Shown: positions 36,545 to 50,100, numbered from the whole stretch's first letter. The stretch: 63,614 nt of DNA, filler included, from Octopus bimaculoides (GCF_001194135.2; 5 parts of 5 records of this genome joined end to end with filler, not necessarily neighbours in it); one strand, 5' to 3'. Made by a program: numbers and translations. The notes: generated from the sequence alone by a model not told the origin.

Positions 36545-36990
36545 GTTTTGGCACAGCCATTTAGGCGCCGCCTGTTTGGCGTCGCTGATTCGAGGATGAC
36601 TTATTTGAAATAAGACATTTTAATGTTTCCCTTGTTTTAATCTTTGTCTTGTCCTATTCCTTTCACTTCGTCCCTCCCCATTTTTCTCTCTTTCTCCCTT
36701 TCTATTCTCTCTCAACTGCTCTCTTTCTCTCTCTCTCCCTCTCTCTTCCTCTCACTTTCTCTCACATAAACACACATACACACACACTTTTCATTTGTAT
36801 GTGATCATTTCTGCATGCACATTTGTGTGGGTGTGCGTGAGTGTGTACGAATGTTCTGTATATATGTACATATGTGTAGGTACATTTTGCCTTTAGTGCC
36901 AAAAAGTATTGTCCCGCAAAACAGTTCACTCTCCAGTTAGCCATGTCAAATGATCAGCGTCCAATCAACCGCGCCCAGTAGTCTCATTTC
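36545..36990. mobile_element. Possible MITE with GC-rich subrepeats at both ends and a (CT)n/(CA)n core
   Basis: ttttggcac pairs with gtgccaaaa and tttggcgtcgctga with tcagcgtccaat; degenerate. Confidence 0.35.
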
Positions 36991-37582
36991 GCGCCAAGGA
37001 AATATTATCTGTGATTGACTATCGTCTTATCCAGGAGAAATTTCTCTCTTAAGGCAATGTCTTTCATTGGCTACTCATTATTTTGAGTTCATTCAGTTTA
37101 CCTACCGCTAGACTATATGAGAATTATATCAGTAAGAAACTGTCTTTCTAATCAGGCCAACACAACACACTCAGTTTATTCTCTTCTCGCCATCAATATT
37201 GTGTCTACGTTCGGGCTCCAACCTCTCCATTAATTCCTACGTCTGATCGTTGAAACTTAGAACATCACCTCTCTGAAATTCACTTCTTGTTCCTGTTTTT
37301 CCTGCTGGTGTTCAAGAAGAATATTAAGTGTTAATCACACCTATCTCGAAGGAGCTGTGAAGGTCCTAAGTATGATCCCCACAGCGGTCGATCGGATTGG
37401 TTTGGTAGAACTTGCGAAAAGCTTTTAAAATGAATAAAATAAAAGCGTAAGCTGTGTTTTACAGATGTTATACTACACATCTCTACTAGAAATAACAACC
37501 AAATCAAACTCAAATTGTACCTCCCATCTTAAAAATGGACAAGAGACTAGTCGGTAGCGTTCGGCAAGCACTACATCTGTGA

Positions 37583-38050
37583 AAGAGCGTGGCCAAGTGG
37601 TGAGGTTGTTGCTCGCAAGATCGTGGTTTCCATTCCTGGACTGGACGGTGCGTCATGTTCTTGAGCAGAACACTGCATTTCACAGTGTTCCAGTCCATTC
37701 TGCTGTAAATTGGTAACCCTGCGAGGGACCGACGTCTCGTTCAAGAGGAAGGCTGTTCTCTCGTTCACTTATATACGTCATGGAAACCGGGTAGCTGACC
37801 CCATGAGTCCTAAGACTTGATTGATGCAGGCACGTGGCTTAGTGGTTGAGTTTTTGGGCTCATAAACATCAGATTGTGGTTTCGACTCCTGGACCGGGCG
37901 ACGCGTTGTGTTCTTGAACAAAACACTTCATTTCACGTTGCTCCAGTTCACTTAGCTGGCAAAAATGAGTAAATCCTGCAACATACCACAGATGTGGAAA
38001 ATATACGCCATGAAACGAGAAATCGGCCCTTAAGGTTCGATATGACTTGA
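37583..38050 (+). mobile_element. Two tandem tRNA/CORE-like SINEs
   Basis: gcgtggccaagtggt... and gcacgtggcttagtggtt...ggtttcgactcctggaccggg..gttgtgttcttgaacaaaacacttcatttcacgttgctccag; gaaaccggg tail. Confidence 0.8.
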
Positions 38051-38879
38051 GAAGGTAACTTTACCTTTACCTTTAAGACTCGATATAGTATTATCCATGG
38101 GGTACCTTATAACCTATATCTGAATGAAAAATGGAATTATCACAGCTGACATGAATTTGCTCAGAGGTCTGCTTAATTAAGACCAACTTTGGATTAACGC
38201 CATTACTGAAATCATTCATAAACTATCATTTAATGTGATAAACATTTCTGACCGCATTCCTACACGCACGGAAACACATCCATACATAGACAACCCATAA
38301 GCGCACACAGATATAAATACACACATTGCTGCAAACATAATCAAACAAGACTGAAAAAAAAGGGAAATATATAGGAAATATATAAGAGACGATAAACGAG
38401 GAAGAAGTTTCTGTATACATAATTATAGAATGATAATGTTTTTGTCACGGGATAATAACAAGGTTATATTCATTAGTTTTATTTCCTGCCACGTTTGTGC
38501 TTAGCTACTTTAGACACAGTCTTTAAATACGTAGGATATACAGCTGCTAGGCAATCGCATAAGCAAAAAATTATGGGTACAGGCACACCAGTAACCTATC
38601 GAGACCCAGATCGAGGGGAGGAAACGGGATTGGCTGAGAATCATTCTAGGGAAACTTGTTTCCAACATTACAAGGCAAGTCCTGTAATGGATGTTTCAAA
38701 GGAGACAGAAAACGTGGGAGACCAAATTTAACATGGAGAAGAGTCACAGAAACTTAACGAATAGTAGAAGGCTGCTCAGTAGGGTCAACTGAAATCCGAA
38801 GACCAAACCCGAGGGAGATCTCTATACGAAGTGAAAAGATTACGAAGATTAACAAGATGCTTAACAAGAGCAAAAAGGA

Positions 38880-38980
38880 CAAAAAGAATGGCTTCAAATT
38901 TTGGCACAAGGCCAGCAATTTCAGGGGCGGGGAGAGGTCGATAACATCGAACCCGGTGTTAAACTGGTACATATTTAGTA
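38880..38980 (-). mobile_element. Family A 3' fragment
   Basis: ttcaaattttggcacaaggccagcaatttcaggggcgggga. Confidence 0.8.
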
Positions 38981-39067
38981 GACGGAAACTGAAAGAATCT
39001 TCTGTTCGATATATGAGTATAAATTTAATGTACAGTATATGGATTTATATAATCCAATAAATACATA

Positions 39068-39228
39068 TGGGCTTCTTTCAGTTTCTGTCTACCAGATTCA
39101 CTGGCATGGCTTTGGTCAGACCGAGTTTATGGCAGAAGACGTTTGTTCAAGGTGTCTCGTAGAGGGACTGAACCCGAAACGGTGTGCTTGGGAAAGCAGC
39201 TTCTTACTACACAGCTATGTTTGCACCT
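39068..39228 (-). mobile_element. Family B 5' half
   Basis: gggcttctttcagtttctgtctaccagattcact...ggactgaacccgaaac...cttcttactacacagc. Confidence 0.85.
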
Positions 39229-39398
39229 ATATGTACACACACACACACACACATACACATACACACACACATACATATACACATACACACACACACACAT
39301 ACACATACATACATGCATACATACATACATGTGTAGATATGTCGCACATGCACAAGTACACTCACTTATATATGTATTAATACATACACACATAATGC

Positions 39399-39461
<63 letters not shown>

Positions 39462-39849
39462 TGCGCGAGCGCGCGTGTCTGCATTTATAATAATCATACA
39501 TGTTTTTCATTATCGTACATATATGTGTGAGCAGAGTGTGCGAATGCTTGTATGTGTGCGTGAAGTCACATGACTGTCTGCAGCAGATAAATATTACTCT
39601 AGATAAACACACCGCCGCCGCTCCACGAAAGCCCGTCAGCATTTCTCAATTGTGTAAAGCGCGCTACTATGTATAATTTTGCAAAGTATGTTTATTGCTT
39701 ACAACTGTGTGAGCTGGTACGTCTGCGTACGTGAATGCTCTGAACGTGTNNNNNNNNNNNNNNNNNNNNNNNNNNNNNNNNNNNNNNNNNNNNTTAATTA
39801 ATTAANNNNNNNNNNNNNNNNNNNNNNNNNNNNNNNNNNNNNNNNNNNN

Positions 39850-39897
<48 letters not shown>

Positions 39898-40909
39898 ATA
39901 TGATAATATGCTCATTTATTGTTTATAGCAAAATCAGAGAAGAGAAAATAAAAGAAGGGAAAAAAAGGAAGCTGCACATATAATGCACACCTTAGAAGCA
40001 GCACTACGGATGTACTAGCACACACGAGATTGAGACACGGTCGACCTCCCGCAGTTCTTATAAGGGATCCTGGTAGGAACTTCGTGAGACTACTAGTGAG
40101 GCGCTTCCGAAAAAAAAAAACGAAGAAAAGCAGTTGGAAAATCGATTATAGCAGCGACTTCATCTAAGAATATCCCAAATATTATCTGACTATGGATGAC
40201 TAAATTGTAACAGGTATATAACCCATTGTTTGTATTGTAGGGCATTGTTGTACCATTCATGTGTGAGGGTCTGTGTGTGTGCGTGTGTGTGTCAAAGAGG
40301 GTATGAGGTAAATACATACACACTCACACACACACGCACATATCACTATATCAGTCTATCGAGCAGATTATCTGCTTTTGTTGCACCTCGCTGGTGACAA
40401 TGCGCTTCTTGCATTGACCGATGTCGCCCCTCTGGCTAGACAGGCATATAGGCATGTGAAGATTCCCTTGACCTAACCGCCTGTCAGTAGCAGATTGCCC
40501 ACTTATTGTTAAGTGAAGCGTCCTTCTCTAGAATATAACGAATGGAATACGCTCTTGTACCTTTGTATGCAACCCCCTTGTCACTATCCCACTCGACTTC
40601 CTATAAACACAAACATGCACGTACATATCAAGTGATGAATGGAGATGTTGATATCTCGCGTATTCAACAGTTTACAGCTATTTCAATAACGTACGTATGA
40701 TTAATTACATAATATTTGAGAACAGGGAACGGAGCAATGATACGGTGATATCAGTTATATAATACTGGTTACACAATGTGAATCTCATAATCATCTTTTC
40801 GTAATACTTAGGAACAAATAAATAGCCTAGATGAATTCCACGATACACGAATGCATGAATACATGAATATATGTATCTGTATGTGTGTTTGTGTGTGTGT
40901 ATGTTTGTG

Positions 40910-40978
<69 letters not shown>

Positions 40979-41704
40979 TAAGAAAATTGGGTTTACATCA
41001 GACGACAAAATGTGGAAAATAGTTGGTGTAGGACTAAGCAGAGTTCCATGGAATGCGAGCGAAAGGCCTAGCATAGAGTAAGTGGAAGCAGTGAATTTTT
41101 CTATCACTTGATTCAAGTTAAGCAATGTCACATGTATTTGCAATGTTGCGCAGCATCATTTTCGACTATCTGTTATGCGTGTAGAAATACTGATTTCGAA
41201 ATGATAATTTAATTCAGTACAGTGTACAAGGAAAACCAACTAAATTATTCTAATTGTATTTCTTGTAAGTTATTTTATTGACTAAGAAAAGTAAAATCAA
41301 CTGTCCAAAAAATTTGAATTAGGATGGCGTGAAAAATAAAGCACCAAAGAAATGAAAGATTATAACGTATTTAGTACTTGAAAGTTCATGTTTCACATAA
41401 GCAAGATTGTTTTCTTTCTGTCTAGGAATAAAGGTGAAAACTCAATAATTATATCATTATTCCATCATGGAATCATACTGAAACGCTTGTCTCTCAGGTA
41501 TATTGCGTGCCACTGCCTGTCAATTTTATATTAAAAATCAATATAAACAGGCGCCTTATATTTGAAGTTCTTCGCTGAATAGAATACATTGAAAAGAACT
41601 GTGAAATATAATTAGAAATCGTTAAAATGAGTGAGGGTAAACGCAAAAGATCAAACCATATGAAATCATTATATATACCTATATTCTTCTTCTTATTCCT
41701 ATGA

Positions 41705-41830
41705 TCTAGTGGTTAGATGTTGCCTTCATGATCGCGAGATCGTGGTTTCAGTCCCTCGATCGGGTAGTGCGTTGTCTTCTTGAGAAAAACACTTCATCTC
41801 ACTTTGCTTTGCGATAACTTAGACTCTACA
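41705..41830 (+). mobile_element. CORE-like SINE head fragment
   Basis: ctagtggttag...gatcgtggtttcagtccc...cgttgtcttcttgagaaaaacacttcat. Confidence 0.65.
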
Positions 41831-42323
41831 TCTGTACAAACAATATCGACTTGATGGAGGGAATGAGGTAATGGAAAGCTCATACATTTGATCGCTATAA
41901 CAAATCATCTGTAACGGTCGTTCAGCAAAGAGCTGAACACTCATACGTGGTCTCCGACAGAAGAGTCCGTCATTGTATATTTCACTTAACTCCGGCTAAT
42001 TCTGTAACAGCAGATAACAACTTGTTACGGGCCTCACACAATCCTCCTCCATGATACTTATCTTCACAAGCCAAGAGAACACGGACATATTGAGGACTAC
42101 CAGCAAGTGGAATTTCCACACTATCAATTCAATAATGGAACCTAAGCAAAAAATCCACAAACACAAGACAAATTCTATGCAGCAAATATCCAATGAAATA
42201 AACTACCACCAGCATTACGCATACCAAACACAATACACACAGAACACTCAATACAAACACTAATATAACAACAGATTGCACAACACCTCATGAACGAAAA
42301 GGAAACAATAGCAATCATAATTT

Positions 42324-42328
<5 letters not shown>

Positions 42329-42390
<62 letters not shown>

Positions 42391-42440
42391 CATTATTATT
42401 ATTATGATTATTATTATTATCATCATTATCATCATCGTCA
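42329..42440. repeat. (AAT)n followed by (ATT)n/(CAT)n, an imperfect inverted microsatellite
   Basis: Direct. Confidence 0.9.
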
Positions 42441-44286
42441 TGTCAATCGTGAATGTTGACTTTTGTTAGAACTATTTTGTTTACACTCGTTAGTTTTCTG
42501 AGAACTTTGATTAAGGATCCTCTAAGGTGAAGAGAAGAACAGTCAAAGGGTGCCTAAGTGGCACAATTGCTGTAATATTCATTTGCTTTCGTTTGCTTAT
42601 TTTCTCCTTATTTTCTCATTAACGGTTTCGACGAGGAGATAAGAAAACGCCGTACGGCTCCCAGCTTGGTCAGAGGGCACTGTTCTTGATCACCTAAAAT
42701 CAAATAAATAAATCATCACTTATTCAGAAGTACACAGTCCTTGAATGACATTAAATTCGCCGGTGGTAGAAGGTAAAAAAAGAACGCATAGTAGATCTTT
42801 ATGACGTACGCAATTTCAACAGCATAGCAGATAAAATGGATAAATGCAAACAAATTCTTTGTGGCAATTCTTACTTTCCAATATCTAACGTTTAAGTTGG
42901 TGATGAAAATAGCTTTGGGAAATCATAGAATATCTAATTCGAAAGAGATACATTGAATCCAGATTAAAACCTGCCTTTCATATGCATGAGTAAATTTTGG
43001 CAAAACTCATAACCTAATACTGGCAAATTTAAAAAAACCTCAAAATGCCTTAAGTTTTACCAAAATCGACCATACATATTGTTTTCGCATCAGTGAAAAT
43101 TACACAATGAAAGCTCCAAATGCATATGCAGTGGCGCGTGATCTATCAACTGTAGTTGATAAGCCTCAAAGAGTATATAAACATTTGAAGGGTTAATGAA
43201 ATAACACTGTTGTATTAAGTAATATATAAATGTTAGTCATTGAGATTAAAAGTCTCACGAGAAAACGAATGAAAAAAGCTATTGACCAGAAACACATTAA
43301 AGATCTAAATAAATGATAAGAAGGAACTGCAATCAAGCGAAAGAACAGTGTTTGGAATACGAGTGCAATGCTATCGAGAAACTATTCCAGAAGGATTCAC
43401 ATACCATTCATGAAGGAAAAAAATGCACATAAAACAGAAATAGGCGCGCTTTCTTTTTTCTTTAGAATGAATAATGTCAAGGAAAGGAGACCTAAAATTA
43501 GGAAAACACAAAAGAAGAAAAAGAGAAAAATCTTGATTCATTTTTTTCAGCGATAAGTATATCAAATACTTTCATCGTATATTACGCATCAGAGCGTAAA
43601 CTCCCACTCGCAAGGGAGGCGGAAGAGAGAACGCTCTACAAGCAATTGGATATGATTATGTTGGTAGAGCTGAAAACGATGATTTTTCGCTCTTTTTGCC
43701 AATCTCAAAAAGATTCCACTAGTTAGCAACAATAGATATATTTGCAACAATGAATATATTTTCAAATCACAAGATGATACCAGGGATAAGGAAGCGCAGA
43801 GAAACATTTAAAAAAAAGGAAGATTTGAAATGCGGTGACCTGAATAAGGAGGAAACATTAGATTGCATTCAAGTGAGATAATATTTTTACAAATACGATT
43901 GTAGAGTCAGAAGACATTGCGGTCGTCAAAGTAACATACAAGCTCAATTACGAGAGGGGAGATTCCAGCAGATATTCTTAGATATTTGTACCTCTTTTCC
44001 ATCCAAAAACACAATAATATGAATTACACAGAACTAGCTTCGTGACACTCATTCCAAAATGTAGTTGCGGGTTCTATTACTAAAACTCAGAAATAGATCC
44101 AAGTTCGAGGTATCAGAAATACAATATCGATTCTTTTATGGAAAACGACAGCAAATGTTGTGAATCACGTGTTTATCGTTCTGCATTCATCAGTTACTCG
44201 TTATTAAGTGACCTAGTGAAACATCGTCAAATTTCATTTGCCTTGCATGGTTGAATAAAATGACGAAACAATATTTGTTCCTTATC

Positions 44287-44680
44287 TTGTTGTTGTTATT
44301 GGCACTCCGTCGCTTGCGACTTCGAGGGTGCCAGTTGATCCGATCAACGGAACAGGCTGCTCGTGAAATTAACGTGAAAGTGGCTGAGCACTCCACAGAC
44401 ACGTGTACCCTTAACGTAGTTCTCGGGGATATTCAGCGTGACACAGAGTGTGACAAGGCTGACCCTTTGAATTACAGGCACAACAGAAACAGGAAGTAAG
44501 AGTGAGAGAAAGTTGTGGCGAAAGAGTACAGCAGGGTTCGCCATCATCCGCTGCCGGAGCCTCGTGGAGCTTTTTGGTGTTTTCATCAATAAACACTCAT
44601 AATGCCCGGTCTGGGAATCGAAACCGCGATCCTATGACCGCGAGTCCGCTGCCCTAACCACTGGGCCATTGCACCTCCAC
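44287..44680 (-). mobile_element. Full-length SINE family C (tRNA-derived head), (CAA)n tail, 11-bp TSD
   Basis: A box TGGCCCAGTGG, B box GTTTCGATTCC; TSD tgttccttatc (44276-44286) and tgttccgtatc (44681-44691). Confidence 0.95.
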
Positions 44681-45254
44681 TGTTCCGTATCATTTAAAAC
44701 ATATATTGCATATTTATTTTTATAGCAAGCGAAAGTTGTTATAGCCTGATTAGTCCATGATTAATACTGTTTTTAGAAGTGACAAACGCTGGACGTATTT
44801 GCCACTAGTAGCGTGTCGGGAATTCAGAATCTCTTCAGGGATTAAGGAGCAAATTGCTCAGTAATTGTAGCATATCGCTCACATTAATATTAAAGTAGTT
44901 GGCAAATTAAATTATTTTCCATTGCCGATTTCATGATATTTCGACTGTTATTTTAGGGAAGTGAATTGTATTAAGTCATGCGAATATTAAACATTTAAAA
45001 ACGTTTCTGTGAACATACACATGGTTGAAATGATTAAAATTCTATCCTGTCTACTAAATTCCACTCATATAGCATTAGCTAACATATAGCATTAGCCAAT
45101 CGCATAGTCACTAAGTTAGCCAGAAAGCTAACCAGTCAACCAGCCAACCATCCAGCCACCCAGCCAACCATCTAGTCCGTCAGCACATTCGAAAGCGTTG
45201 CAACCGCACACCGAAAACTGCTATGCCTGTGAACGTGACAGGCTTTCAGAGAAG

Positions 45255-45335
45255 GCAAGTTGGCAGAATCGCGAGCACGCTTGGTAAATTGTTTAGCGCC
45301 ATTTCGTCTGTCTTTATGTTCTGAGTTCCGTCGTG
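45255..45335 (+). mobile_element. Family A head fragment
   Basis: ggcaagttggcagaatcgcgagcacg...catttcgtctgtctttatgttctgagttcc. Confidence 0.75.
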
Positions 45336-45351
45336 GTTTATCTTCCTTTTC

Positions 45352-45398
<47 letters not shown>

Positions 45399-46434
45399 TC
45401 ACACGAAATGTATATAGACACTTTGCTTCTGTAAAATATTCCATTGCATGAAATAAACGATTATCTATTTCAGGAAAGTAGGAAAAATGAGATTCGTGTA
45501 AATAAAAGTTTTACGTTATGACAAACACATGAAGGACCACTGATCCATTGTAGTGTTAAGGAGTTTGGCTGGTAATATTATTGACCTTAATTTGAAATTT
45601 CCGCGTGAAAAATATTATTCAGAAGAACCCAATTATTCTGTCTTCATACGGATATTAAACACACACTTCCTGCCATTGACAATTCCACCTACAGCTATAC
45701 TGCATGTTTCTACCAATTGAGAGTAGAAAATGTATTTCATTCATTTCTAGAGATTTGTTGACACGTTCATTTAAGTACGTATTTAGACATCTATCTAAAA
45801 CCACGTGTGCTTATGATTGAAGTTACACAGTTCGGTGTTATTGTTTCCATTTGTATCAATGTAATTTGACAGTTGATTAGTTGTTTAGCTCAAGGCAATG
45901 AGGGAGTGTAATGTTTTACCCTGGATCGATATTACTAATTATTTTTACTCCTGTGTGAATGAAAATTACCACCATCATTTTATTTAATGAAATTTCCTTT
46001 TCTGGTTCTTCAAATAATAATTCTTTTAAACAGAAATTCACCAACATTCGTATATAAGCAGTCCTGAAGCTTTTAAGATATATAACTTAATTACTGCGAT
46101 AGAAAACTACCTGTTATTAATCATTATATAGAAATAAAGTATAGACAGTGTCAAAGAAATAAACTATAGAGAGTGTGAAAGAAGAAAAAGTGGGTTTTCT
46201 ATAGAAATGAAATATATTCCAGTATAAGTAACTATATATAGAGACAGAGAGTCTGACGAAAGCTAGGACATCGATACTTCGAGGTCACTATCGCACCTCT
46301 TTAAAAAGCATAGTTAATATGCACTCTACAAAAAAATCAATTTCTCAATTTAATTTTAAAATCTTGTTATCATATCTCGGCATAAAACGAAAACATTAAT
46401 ACAAATATATGTATACATATATTTATAGATATAG

Positions 46435-46725
46435 GAGCACTCCGTCGGTTACGACGACGAAGGTCACAGCTGATACGATCAGCGGAACAGCTTGCTCGTG
46501 AAATTAACGTGCAAATGGCTGAGTACTCCACAGACACGTGTGCTCTTAAGAGAGTGTGACAAGGCTGGCGTTTGAAATACAGGTACAACTCATTTTTGAC
46601 AGCTGAGTGGACTGGTGCAACGTGAAATAAAGTATCTTACTCAAGGATACAATGCACGACGGGCTTTTTTCAGTTTCCGTCTACCAAATCCACTCACAAG
46701 GCTTCGGTCGCTCCGAGGCTATAGT
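46435..46725 (-). mobile_element. Family D body with an internal deletion, joined to a family B fragment
   Basis: gcactccgtcggttacgacgacg...gtgtgacaaggctggc.tttgaaatacaggtac...; acgacgggctttttt cagtttccgtctaccaaatccactcacaagg. Confidence 0.8.
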
Positions 46726-46794
46726 AGTATATATATTTATATATGTAACTATTTGCGAACCAAAATTTANNNNNNNNNNGTACATACACACAGC

Positions 46795-46814
46795 TAGCTA
46801 GCTAGCTAGCTAGC

Positions 46815-46886
<72 letters not shown>
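46795..46886. repeat. (GCTA)n(GATA)n tetranucleotide repeat
   Basis: Direct. Confidence 0.95.
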
Positions 46887-46887
<1 letters not shown>

Positions 46888-46904
46888 CCTTTTCTTCTTT
46901 CACT

Positions 46905-47160
46905 TTTTTCAGTCATTTCTGACTGCGGCCATGCTGAAACTCCACCTTATCCTTATAAGTTTTTCTTTTGTCGAAGAAATTGACCCCCGACTTACTCTTT
47001 GAAAGCCGAGTACTTATTCTATTGGAGTCTTTTGCCGAACAGATATGTTACGGGGACGTAAGCACAACAACGTCGATTGTCAGTCGATGGTGGGGTGGGG
47101 ACGCAAATACACACAATGACACACACATAAGAATATACACCCCTCCTCACACATACACAC
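46905..47160 (-). mobile_element. 3' half (E) of the composite SINE
   Basis: ttcagtcatttctgactgcggccatgctg...tacttattctattggagtcttttgccgaac..gttacggggacgtaa. Confidence 0.85.
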
Positions 47161-47335
47161 AATGAAACGGCAGATTCAGATATCAGGCCATGTACCTGTA
47201 AGCTATCCTTGAGCTTCTAAAACAAATCGTCACCGTTCATATTTGCGGAAAAACAATGAACAAGCACACACGCACACACACATATATGCATATATTATAT
47301 ATGAATGAATATATAATATATGCATATATCTAAAC

Positions 47336-47399
<64 letters not shown>

Positions 47400-47934
47400 G
47401 TATATCTATATATCCATACAAAGTGTAAAAGACCCTAGAAATTACACACCCGCACGCACACAAATACACACACACACACACACGCACTCACACACACGTA
47501 CGCACACCTACATTCATATATTTACACACGGTATCACAGAGAAGACTCGTAATTTATACGGATATTGCTGCAGCTCTGGTAAAGTTACGCACGCGTTAAT
47601 GGTGTTTTCCTGTAGGTAATAATTTATCGTTTTTTGTACAGTCGCCATCATCGTTTTGGAGATGTTATAAACAATAGTTAATCCGACAGACTCATATACA
47701 TACATAAAAATGCACAAATATGCATGCATGCACATATGCACATTATATACATACAGATAGATACATACATAAACTAAAGCATGTATATACATACGTTATG
47801 TACATATATATATTATATACTTATACATATATATATATAAATGTATATATATATATATATATATTTATATGTATGTATGTATATACATACACACGTATAC
47901 ACGCATATATGTATATTCTTTTAATCTTTTATTT

Positions 47935-48112
47935 GTTTCAGTCAATTTAATGCGACCATGCTGGAGCACCGCCTTCAGGACGTATTCCTTGTAAGCCTGG
48001 TACTTATTCTGTCGGACTCTTTTGCTGAACAGCTAATGTTACGGGGACGTAAACACACCGACATCGGCTGTCAAGCGATGGTGGGGGTACAAGCACAGAC
48101 ACACAAACACAC

Positions 48113-48147
<35 letters not shown>

Positions 48148-48312
48148 CAACGGCCTTCTTTCAGTTTCCGTCTACCATATCCAATCACAAGCTTTTGGTC
48201 GGCCTGAAGCTATAAGTAGAAGACACTCACCCAGGGTGCCACGCAGTGGGCCTGAACCCAAAAGCATGTGGCTGGTAAGCAAGCTACTTACCATACAACC
48301 ACTGCTGCGCCT
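47935..48312 (-). mobile_element. Complete composite SINE B-(TA/TACA/CA)n-E
   Basis: E at 47935-48095, microsatellite to 48148, B at 48149-48312, with no gap. Confidence 0.92.
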
Positions 48313-48315
48313 TTG

Positions 48316-48347
<32 letters not shown>

Positions 48348-48684
48348 GTGTGTGTGTATGTGTGTGTGTGTGTGTGTACATATAAATAAATGTATACATA
48401 TCTTTCCATATAAATGTATGAGCATGTACAGATTCTAGGTTTTTACACTTTACTCAAGTGATTCAGGATAGAGATTTGTATGCACGGCACTTATAAATTC
48501 TCTAAATATGTTTTACATATATGTATACTGTTGTGTGCCTGTGAGTATATATATATATATATATATATATATNNNNNNNNNNGTGTGTGCATTGTTGCAT
48601 TTGGGGATGGTTATGTTGCCAGTTCCGCCAATAAAACACACGTACTATATATTTGGTGTTAATTTGCTTCAGCTTTATTTTACA

Positions 48685-48742
48685 TTAATCGTATTTCGGC
48701 CAGAGTTCTTTCGTCACACTTCTGTGACCTCATCAGTGGTCC
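48685..48742 (-). ncRNA. Degenerate hammerhead-like motif in a Penelope-like terminal remnant
   Basis: Reverse complement CTGATGA-GGTCA...TGGCC-GAAA-TACGATTA, with an alternative stem II GTCACA-GAAG-TGTGAC-GAAA; stem I poor. Confidence 0.4.
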
Positions 48743-49874
48743 TTTGCTTTCTTCTTTCTTATTTGTGTGTCATCCTTACTAACGATCAGTCATTTTGTAT
48801 TTTGTATTCCTATTGTATGTGTCTTTATTTGCGCATGCGTGTCCCTCTATGTGTGTCTATGTTTAGTAAGTGCGTGTGGGAGTATGGGGAGTGCCTGTAT
48901 CCCCTGTTTATACACGTTCGTTTAATTTGTTTTTATTTATTTGTTCATGTGCTTACACCTACTTATTATTTTTTCTTTTCTTTTTTTTTTGCTTTTATTT
49001 AATCTAATATTATTTTATAATAGATATATAGATAGATAGACAGAAAGAAACAGAGGTCACTTTTGTAATGTGTGTGTATGTGTACGTATGTATTTATGCC
49101 TTTCAATGTGGGCAAGAGTGTCTGTTCGTGCGTGTCTGTATGCTTCTGTGGGTTTGCGTATCTGTATGATTGTGTAGTGATGAGAAAGTTCAAACTGTCC
49201 ATTCTGGTTCGTGCTACGTATACACAGAAAAACAGAAATTTATTTCTAAACCTCAGAGACAATGACGCGTGAGAAACATTCGCGTGCAACTACCGACACG
49301 AAGAGCTCAAGTGAACGGTCTGACTCCCACGACATCAGTCTTTGATGCTAAGTGCATCCATTAAAACCTACCGCATTTCATCTCATGAGCATGAACAATT
49401 ATGGAACTGTCAAAATTAAGATGCCTTGTGTTGAAGAGAATGAACATGATGGAAAACTTTAATTTACATAAAACACTGACTTAACATTGACATAGTAATT
49501 CAAAACCATTGAGCGTCTCTTTTGTTTTCTTAGTGCTTTAAATACGACCTTGCCATCTGCAGAAGTAGCAGAAGCCTTCAGAAGTGTCTTCCTGAGATTA
49601 ACAAAGCTCTGTTGACTGGTTGCATTATGCCTTCGATATTCTAGTACTCTATCGTATCCTGAATTATGTGCCTTCTGCCATTTGCCACTATAGAAAGTGA
49701 GTATACCAAAATTGCAGACCCTTGAAGAAAAGATTAGTTGTTTTTCAGGAAGTAGCTTTGCTTGCCAAACAACCCCAACAATATCGGGATCCACTCAGAA
49801 CAATGGGTATCAACATAAAGAGAGCTGATCTTCAGGTATACCAGTGTAGTATCAGCTGTTACTAAAGTTGTGGA

Positions 49875-50100
49875 GGCGCGTAGCTAAGTGGTTAGTGTGT
49901 TAGACGTATGATCGTAAGATTGTGGCTTCTATTCCAGGACCGAGCAGCACGTTGTGTTTTTCTGTAAAATATTTCATTTTACGTTGCATTTACGTTCAGT
50001 TTTGCAGCCGGCAAAAATGAATAATCCTGCGACGGGCCGGCGTCCTGTACAGGTTGGGAATATATACGCCATGAAACTGGGAAACCGGCATAACACTGGT
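49875..50100 (+). mobile_element. tRNA/CORE-like SINE
   Basis: ggaggcgcgtagctaagtggttagtgtg...gatcgtaagattgtgg..ctattccaggaccg...tacgccatgaaactgggaaaccgg. Confidence 0.8.

Noticed and set aside
44600-44680. tRNA-like sequence with A and B boxes (also 51040-51122, 58536-58610, 59035-59110)
   Set aside because: These are SINE heads that continue into a shared body; no complete acceptor stem
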